DNA from: Bacilli bacterium
Lineage (GTDB): Bacteria; Bacillota_I; Bacilli_A; ML615J-28; CAG-313
Reading direction: 5' to 3'
DNA length: 51,455 nucleotides
Assembly: GCA_051872775.1 (NCBI GenBank)
Contig: JBJEEE010000019.1
Coordinates: 1-51,455, forward strand
The notes beneath the pieces are model-generated. The model did not search any database. It had not been told where the DNA came from and was given only the letters and a program-made list of their open reading frames with translations. Of this stretch, positions 45,414 to 51,455 are shown one piece after another. Both the position numbers and the translations under genes were made by a program. Position 1 is the first letter of the stretch, and every line of letters begins with the position of its first letter.

Positions 45414-45917
45414 ATGAAGAAAGTACTTTTTATTTTATTAGCTAGTCTAATTTTACTTACCGCTTGTAAAGAAAATAATTATGTAATAACTGATACAAAT
45501 CAAGGTATTAAGGAAAGTTATGACATCTTAGTTGATATTAAAGGAGCAGTAAAATACCCTGGTGTTTATACAATAGAATCTAATGCATTGATAAAAGATG
45601 TAATTGAAATAGCAGGAGGAATACTTATAAATGCTGATGTAAGTAAAATTAATTTAGTCCAAGAGGTCAAACCTAATGAAATGATTATAATTCCATATAA
45701 AAACGTCAGTAATAATACATCTAACAGTAAAATAAACATTAATACTGCATCCATAACAGAATTAATGTCAATACCTAAAATTGGTGAAGCAAGAGCTCAA
45801 GCTATTATTGATTATCGTAATTCAAAAGGAAGTTTTAACTCAATTGATGAACTTTCTAATGTATCAGGAATAAGTGAAACAATTATTAGTCAGATTAAAA
45901 CGTACATTACTATTTAG
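45414..45917 (+). CDS. comEA: competence protein ComEA (DNA receptor), lipoprotein form
   Basis: Lipobox LLTAC, an SLBB-like segment (VDIKGAVKYPGVYTI) and C-terminal helix-hairpin-helix repeats (INTASITELMSIPKIGEARAQAIIDYR...ELSNVSGISE). Confidence 0.85.
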   Translation: MKKVLFILLASLILLTACKENNYVITDTNQGIKESYDILVDIKGAVKYPGVYTIESNALIKDVIEIAGGILINADVSKINLVQEVKPNEMIIIPYKNVSNNTSNSKININTASITELMSIPKIGEARAQAIIDYRNSKGSFNSIDELSNVSGISETIISQIKTYITI

Positions 45918-48075
45918 AACTACTAAGGATTATATATATTTATATACCATAGGTCTTGTTTTATTTATATATTTAATCTTTAATTTAAATTTTTTAAATA
46001 TAATTATTCTCATCATATATATTTTATTTACAATAATCAATAATTATAGATTAACTATGGTAATGGTCGTTATAATGCTACTTACATTTTTTAATATCCT
46101 AGTGAGAAAATCAATATATAGTAGTATAGATTATGGTCAAATAAAAGTATATGCACAGATTATTGATATAAAAGAAACTACCAAGTCCAAGCAGATTACT
46201 ATTTCGAGTCAATATTTAAAGTATATTTTTTATGAAGAAAAAGATATATATAAAGTTGGCGATAAAATTGAAATATCAGGCCTCCTAATTCCTGGTGATT
46301 CAGCTCCTTCTATAAACCTATTTGATTATCAAACTTACTTAGAGTTAAATAATATCAAAGGAATAATCCAAGATCCAAGTGTAAAAGTAGTTTCTAATTG
46401 TTTTTGTCTAGCAAAGATAAGCCAAAAATTACAAACTTATTTTGATAAACATTTTAGTCCTCTTTCTAAAGGATATTTAGAAGCTTTATTAATTGGATAT
46501 AAAGACAACATTGATAATGAAATGAATGATAATATAAAAGAAATAGGTATAAGTCATTTATTTGTTATTTCAGGCTTACATATGGGAATAATTGTCATTG
46601 TATTAAAAAAACTAATGACAATGTTAAAAATTAAAGATAACTATCAGTTTTATTTAATTTTATGTTTTTTTATATTATATTATATAATTACGCTCTTCTC
46701 GCTTTCTATTTTAAGAGTTATGATAGTATTCATTATTTCTAATATGAATAAAAAATATCATTTAAAACTTAAACCTATAAATATATATGCATTATCAATT
46801 ACTTCTATTTTGATAATTCAACCTTATTATCTCTTTTCTTATGCTTTTATGCTCACCTTTCTTACTTCAATGTCACTAGTTTTTATTTCACCTATTTTAA
46901 AGAATAAAGGATTTAAAAGTTTTCTATTAAATAATATCATAATAAGTTTAAATAGTATAGTAGTAACTCTTCCGGTAGTAACATCAATTAATCCTGAAAT
47001 CAACATACTATCAGTATTATACAATCTATTTTATATACCTTTTGTTACATATTTGATGTTGCCATTATCTTTCATTGTTGCAGTTTTACCTTTTTTTAAA
47101 GGTTTTTATGAAATAGTGGTGAAAGGATTCAACTATATAACAATAGGGCTTGCGAGGATAGATATTTTAAGGATTAGTTTCCCTAAAATATCAATTATAA
47201 TAATCATAATATATTATTTGTTATATATATCCATTGTTATTTGTAGAATGAATAAGAAAAGCAAAAAATGTATTACGTTAGTATGTACTATGCTAATATT
47301 ATTATTTTTTTGGAGTAATAAGCAAATCTTTAACTCTAATAATGAAATCATATTTATGAACTTACCTATCGGGGAGTCAACCTTAATCATAAAAGCCTTT
47401 AATCAAGCAAACATATTAATTGATACTGGGGATAATAAAAAAGATGATTTAGAAATTTTTTTAATGAAAAAAGGGATCAAACGTTTAGATTATGTATTTA
47501 TCAGTCATTCTGATTCAGATCATAATGGTAAACTTCATATTTTAATTCAAAAATTTAACATAAAAAATGTTGTAATTACCCCTTATGACCAAGAAACATT
47601 AAAACTGTTAAAAAATTATAAGTATAAAGGTAATATCATTATGATGAAACGAAACGATGAGATAAAATTTCAAAATATCATATTTAAAGCGTTACTTCCA
47701 GATAATGCCGCAGATAATTCTAATGATAATAGTTTGGTGTTAAAGATTATGGCTTTTGATTATAGTATACTCTTAACAGGTGATATCTCCAAAACCAAAG
47801 AAGAAAGTTTAATAAAGTATGAAAAAAATATAAATGTAAATTTTTTCAAAGTACCTCATCATGGTTCTAACACCTCAAGTAGTGATAATTTACTAGCGCA
47901 TTTAAAATATGATTACGCGATATGTATGAATGGGTATTTGAACAGATATAGTTTTCCAACAAACAAAACTATCGATAAATATGATTCAGAAAAATTATTC
48001 ATTACTTCAAACACCAAAACAATAATAATTAAAGTACCAATTTACCGAAAGAAAAAACTGAGATTTTCATTTTAA
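45874..48075 (+). CDS. comEC: DNA internalization competence protein ComEC/Rec2 with a C-terminal MBL domain
   Basis: Competence-domain motif GISHLFVISGLHMGII and MBL motif SHSDSDHNG. The only in-frame start retaining the N-terminal TM helices is GTG 45874, which overlaps comEA by 44 nt. The next ATG, at 46057, would delete two TM helices. Confidence 0.8.
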   Translation: MKQLLVRLKRTLLFRTTKDYIYLYTIGLVLFIYLIFNLNFLNIIILIIYILFTIINNYRLTMVMVVIMLLTFFNILVRKSIYSSIDYGQIKVYAQIIDIKETTKSKQITISSQYLKYIFYEEKDIYKVGDKIEISGLLIPGDSAPSINLFDYQTYLELNNIKGIIQDPSVKVVSNCFCLAKISQKLQTYFDKHFSPLSKGYLEALLIGYKDNIDNEMNDNIKEIGISHLFVISGLHMGIIVIVLKKLMTMLKIKDNYQFYLILCFFILYYIITLFSLSILRVMIVFIISNMNKKYHLKLKPINIYALSITSILIIQPYYLFSYAFMLTFLTSMSLVFISPILKNKGFKSFLLNNIIISLNSIVVTLPVVTSINPEINILSVLYNLFYIPFVTYLMLPLSFIVAVLPFFKGFYEIVVKGFNYITIGLARIDILRISFPKISIIIIIIYYLLYISIVICRMNKKSKKCITLVCTMLILLFFWSNKQIFNSNNEIIFMNLPIGESTLIIKAFNQANILIDTGDNKKDDLEIFLMKKGIKRLDYVFISHSDSDHNGKLHILIQKFNIKNVVITPYDQETLKLLKNYKYKGNIIMMKRNDEIKFQNIIFKALLPDNAADNSNDNSLVLKIMAFDYSILLTGDISKTKEESLIKYEKNINVNFFKVPHHGSNTSSSDNLLAHLKYDYAICMNGYLNRYSFPTNKTIDKYDSEKLFITSNTKTIIIKVPIYRKKKLRFSF

Positions 48076-48105
48076 GTCATACTATTTAATAGTGTGGCTT
48101 TTTAA
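48074..48105 (+). repeat. copy A of a 32-nt terminator-like direct repeat
   Basis: aagtcatactatttaatagtgtggctttttaa. aagtcatact pairs with agtgtggctt (G-U pairs allowed), then T5. It overlaps the comEC stop codon. Confidence 0.7.
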
Positions 48106-48236
48106 ATATGATGTCATAATATATATATCAGCAAAAAAAGATAAGATAAATAAGTGGAATAGTTTACTGTTATAAAATATAGATAAGCTAAGATAGTATA
48201 TATATTTATAGATAAATTGAAAAGGAGGCTACAGTA

Positions 48237-49247
48237 ATGATAGATAAAAGTTATGTAATGGTAGTAGAAAACATTAAAGAGCAAATTAGAATCGCCCAAC
48301 ATAGAGCAATATTAAATGCTAATAAAGAAATGATAATTTTATATTGGAACATTGGAAAAATAATTAATGAACATAGTGAATGGGGAAATAAATTTTTAAA
48401 TAATTTATCTTTTGAAATTAATAATGAATTTCCATCTTCAAAAGGATTTTCTGTTAGAAATCTTCAAAATATGGCCAAGTTTTATCGAGAGTACCCAAAA
48501 ATAGAATTTGTGCAGACGGTGACTGCACAAATTCCTTGGAGTCATAATTTGGAAATACTACGAGTAAAATCTCAAGAACAAAGACTTTGGTATATTAATA
48601 AGACAATTGAAAATGGTTGGTCCGTAAATATACTTGCTCATCAAATTGATACCAATCTATATGAACGTCAAATTGAACGTAAAAAAGTTTCTAATTTTTT
48701 AACTATATTGCCTCATCCACAAAGTGAATTAGTACTAGAAACAATGAAAGATCCTTATGTATTTGATTTTATTGAGTTAAAAGAAGATACTAAAGAAAAA
48801 GATTTAGAAGAAGCGTTAATTAATAATATGACTAAAGTTTTACTTGAACTTGGTAAAGGTTTTGCTTTTGTGGGACAGCAATATCATTTAGAAGTAGCAG
48901 GCGAAGATTATTATATTGATTTATTATTCTATAACATTAAGTTAAAATGTTATGTTGTAATAGAACTTAAAATTACTGAATTTAAACCCGAATATGCCGG
49001 AAAATTAAGTTTTTATTTAACTGCAATTGATGAAAAAGTAAAAGAAGTAAATGATAATCCGACAATTGGCTTATTGCTATGTAGACATAAAAACAATGTT
49101 GTTGCGGAATACACGATAAAAGATATAAATAAACCAATGGGGGTAAGCAGCTATAGTATTAAAGATTACCTACCAGAAAATCTACAAAAAGATTTACCTT
49201 CAATTGAAGAATTAATAACTATGGTTAAAAAGGAATATAGCTATTAA
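48237..49247 (+). CDS. DUF1016/YhcG-family PD-(D/E)xK nuclease-fold protein
   Basis: The N-terminal helical region, IRIAQHRAILNANKEMIILYWNIGKIINE...GFSVRNLQNMAKFYREYP...IPWSHNLEIL, is characteristic of YhcG/DUF1016. The C-terminal core is IDLLFYN...VVIELK. Strong RBS aaggagg. Confidence 0.75.
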   Translation: MIDKSYVMVVENIKEQIRIAQHRAILNANKEMIILYWNIGKIINEHSEWGNKFLNNLSFEINNEFPSSKGFSVRNLQNMAKFYREYPKIEFVQTVTAQIPWSHNLEILRVKSQEQRLWYINKTIENGWSVNILAHQIDTNLYERQIERKKVSNFLTILPHPQSELVLETMKDPYVFDFIELKEDTKEKDLEEALINNMTKVLLELGKGFAFVGQQYHLEVAGEDYYIDLLFYNIKLKCYVVIELKITEFKPEYAGKLSFYLTAIDEKVKEVNDNPTIGLLLCRHKNNVVAEYTIKDINKPMGVSSYSIKDYLPENLQKDLPSIEELITMVKKEYSY

Positions 49248-49317
49248 ATAATATTTTATGTAATAATCATTATTTTGGGTTAATTCAATGAAGGTAATTA
49301 AGTATTTTATTCAAAAA

Positions 49318-49349
49318 AAGTCAGGCTAATTAGTAGTGTGGCTTTTTAA
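49318..49349 (+). repeat. copy B of the 32-nt terminator-like direct repeat
   Basis: aagtcaggctaattagtagtgtggctttttaa. 28 of 32 nt are identical to copy A, in the same orientation, 1244 bp downstream. Confidence 0.7.
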
Positions 49350-49366
49350 TTTGTTTGGTTTTAAAT

Positions 49367-49395
49367 TTGATAATATGTTTCTTTTATGTTATACT
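49367..49395 (+). promoter_or_regulatory. sigma-A promoter (extended -10) of the Y-family polymerase gene
   Basis: TTGATA (49367-49372), 17 nt, TGtTATACT (49387-49395). It lies inside the tracked ORF 5' extension, which supports the start at 49417. Confidence 0.6.
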
Positions 49396-49416
49396 AATAT
49401 AAAGGAGGATCTAATT

Positions 49417-50916
49417 ATGAATGATTTGTACACATACATTGCAATTGATTTAAAATCATTTTATGCATCAGTAGAATGCGTATATCGTAAACTTGATCCT
49501 CTAACTACAAACTTAGTTGTAGCTGATCTTGAAAGAACGGAAAAAACAATATGTCTTGCAGTATCACCATCATTAAAAAGATATGGTTTACCAGGACGTG
49601 CTAGACTATTTGAGGTAATTCAAAAGATCAAAGAAGTAAATAATGAACGTAAAAAAAGAGTAGGAACATTTACGGGAAAATCATATAATAGTGTTGAATT
49701 AGATACTAATCCTAATTTAGAAATAGATTATGTTGTGGCAACACCAAGAATGGCATCTTATATCAAATATAGTGCTATGATTTATGATATATATTTAAGA
49801 TATATTGCGCCAGAAGATATTCATGTTTATTCTATTGATGAAGTATTCATTGATGCTACAAAGTATTTAAAAACATATCAATTATCCGCAAAAGAACTTG
49901 CCATGAAAATGATTAAAGAAGTCTTAAAAGAAACCGGTGTTACCGCAACCGCAGGTATTGGATCTAACATGTTTTTAGCAAAAGTAGCAATGGATATTGT
50001 TGCTAAACATCTACCTGCTGATGAGTATGGCGTAAGAATTGCTACTTTAGATGAAATGAGTTATCGCAAACTACTATGGGCCCATGAGCCATTAACGGAC
50101 TTCTGGCGTGTTGGTAAAGGATATGCTAAAACTTTGAATGATGTAGGTCTATATACAATGGGTGATATAGCGAGAATATCCCTTAAAGATGAAGATATTT
50201 TATACCGTTTGTTCGGTAAAAATGCGGAATTATTGATTGACCATGCTTGGGGATATGAGCCAACCACAATGGAAGCGATTAAAACTTATCAACCAAGTAA
50301 TCACAGTATTGGAACAGGACAAGTGCTTCATAGTCCATATACATTTGAAAAAGCAGAACTTGTCTTAAAAGAGATGGTTGATAATTTAGTACTTGATTTA
50401 ATCGACAAAAAACTTGTTACCAATCAACTCGTCATATTGATTGGATATGATATTGATAATTTATCAAATCCAACTATTGCAAGTAAATATAATGGTGAGA
50501 TCAAGAAAGACTACTTAGGTCGTTTAATTCCTAAACCAGCTCATGCGATTGTTCATTTGGATCGTTTTACATCATCAGTACGTATCATCATGAAGCGAGT
50601 ACTTGAAGAATACCACCGAGTGGTTGATCCAAGACTATTAATCAGAAGGATTAACATCGCAGCAGGAACAGTAACGCCTGAAAAAGATACATACAAACAT
50701 AATGTAGTACAATTAGATTTATTCAGTAATTATGAAAATATCGATGAAGAAAACGAAACCCAAAAAGTTCAATTAGAAAAAGAAAAAAGAGCACAAGAAG
50801 CAATCTTGAATATAAAGAAAAAATATGGAAAAAATGCCGTAATGAAAGGTATGGATCTAGAAGAGGGCGCAACAACAATTGATCGAAACAATCAAATTGG
50901 TGGACACCGGGCATAA
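49417..50916 (+). CDS. Y-family (UmuC/ImpB/UvrX-like) translesion DNA polymerase
   Basis: IAIDLKSFYASVECV...VVAD...ICLAVSP N-terminal catalytic motif and SIDEVFID. RBS aaggagg lies 7 nt upstream of the ATG at 49417. Confidence 0.85.
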   Translation: MNDLYTYIAIDLKSFYASVECVYRKLDPLTTNLVVADLERTEKTICLAVSPSLKRYGLPGRARLFEVIQKIKEVNNERKKRVGTFTGKSYNSVELDTNPNLEIDYVVATPRMASYIKYSAMIYDIYLRYIAPEDIHVYSIDEVFIDATKYLKTYQLSAKELAMKMIKEVLKETGVTATAGIGSNMFLAKVAMDIVAKHLPADEYGVRIATLDEMSYRKLLWAHEPLTDFWRVGKGYAKTLNDVGLYTMGDIARISLKDEDILYRLFGKNAELLIDHAWGYEPTTMEAIKTYQPSNHSIGTGQVLHSPYTFEKAELVLKEMVDNLVLDLIDKKLVTNQLVILIGYDIDNLSNPTIASKYNGEIKKDYLGRLIPKPAHAIVHLDRFTSSVRIIMKRVLEEYHRVVDPRLLIRRINIAAGTVTPEKDTYKHNVVQLDLFSNYENIDEENETQKVQLEKEKRAQEAILNIKKKYGKNAVMKGMDLEEGATTIDRNNQIGGHRA

Positions 50917-50929
50917 GGAGAAAGATATA

Positions 50930-51367
50930 ATGAAAAGAACAATTGAAATGTATGAAGATATTATCGATATGCCTAGACCTAAGTCCAAAACCAAAAAACC
51001 AATGAGTTTAACTGAGCGTGCCGCGCAATTTGCGCCATTCGCTGCTTTATCGGGACATAACGAAGAGTTAAGAGAAACAGCACGTTTAACTAGTGGTAAG
51101 ATTGAACTTGATGAAATGGAAAAAGAATTACTTTCGGTAAAACTTAAAACTTTAGAAAGTAGACTTCATGAACAGATAAACATAAGTATTTGTTATTTTA
51201 TAAAAGACCCCAAAAAAGAGGGTGGAAAGTATATTACTATTGATGGTACTATTAAACAAATAGATATGATAAATCAATTGATTATTCTTACCGATAAAAC
51301 CAAAATTCCGATGGATAATGTCATTGAAATAAATTCTAGTATCTTTGATATGTTTGATAGCTTATAA
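50930..51367 (+). CDS. YolD-like protein (proposed UmuD-equivalent accessory factor)
   Basis: Start at the ATG at 50930, with RBS aaggag. The segment MSLTERAAQFAPFAALSGHNEEL matches the YolD-like family signature (RA-QF-PFAAL-G). It is adjacent to a Y-family polymerase, as in yolD-uvrX and yqjX-yqjW. Confidence 0.65.
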   Translation: MKRTIEMYEDIIDMPRPKSKTKKPMSLTERAAQFAPFAALSGHNEELRETARLTSGKIELDEMEKELLSVKLKTLESRLHEQINISICYFIKDPKKEGGKYITIDGTIKQIDMINQLIILTDKTKIPMDNVIEINSSIFDMFDSL

Positions 51368-51455
51368 TTATATGCAAATTTAGAACCTAATTATTCGTTT
51401 TACTGTCAATAACTTTGCAAAATGTCCCAAAAAAAATTAAACATAAGCGTATTCT

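Noticed and set aside
48114-48302. 62-aa minus-strand ORF between comEC and the DUF1016 gene.
   Set aside because: It has a low-complexity Tyr/Ile/Leu/Phe composition, overlaps the RBS and start of the well-supported plus-strand gene, and has no RBS.
1-51455. Search for CRISPR arrays, tRNA/rRNA genes, reverse transcriptases or retrons, toxin-antitoxin pairs and restriction-modification genes.
   Set aside because: Apart from the 186-bp coding repeats and the 32-nt pair, no regularly spaced short repeats were seen. No GC-rich structured RNA islands occur in the intergenic regions, and no ORF carries RT, methyltransferase or typical toxin motifs.

Overview
AT-rich (roughly 30% GC by eye) Bacillota-type chromosomal segment. 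It uses the standard code: TGA is a stop at tatD and cca, and Trp is TGG. The organism is walled, since a class A PBP is present. I support 34 CDS plus a truncated IS3-family transposase tail at the left edge, and about 80% of the coding sequence is on the + strand. No rRNA, tRNA or CRISPR array was seen. Most of the window is core housekeeping: a lipid cluster (plsC-like, DAG-kinase-like, second plsC-like), tatD, an S1 protease lipoprotein, a TPP riboswitch with thiT, a class A PBP, ychF-cca-yhaM, walJ-like-rlmH-uvrB-mnmA-recD2, an M16C PreP-like peptidase, addBA, one RND and one MATE exporter, and comEA-comEC. Several near-consensus sigma-A promoters and rho-independent terminators can be read directly, and they helped choose start codons. 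I found no canonical defence, CRISPR or retroelement system. The best candidates for poorly described biology are listed here. (1) An operon of two giant paralogous envelope proteins (857 aa lipoprotein and 1050 aa membrane-anchored), each built from two PrsA/SurA-like foldase modules. (2) A 1277-aa surface lipoprotein combining four 186-bp tandem repeats, Ig-like domains and a divergent GDPD phosphodiesterase core. (3) An accessory right end, where a 32-nt terminator-like sequence is duplicated around a single DUF1016/YhcG PD-(D/E)xK nuclease gene, followed by a Y-family polymerase and a YolD-like gene. (4) An OmpR-family-type direct repeat (TGTGAA-N5-TGTGAA) next to an untracked 29-aa tiny-TM ORF. 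All functional calls rest on motifs read by eye. No database search was run.
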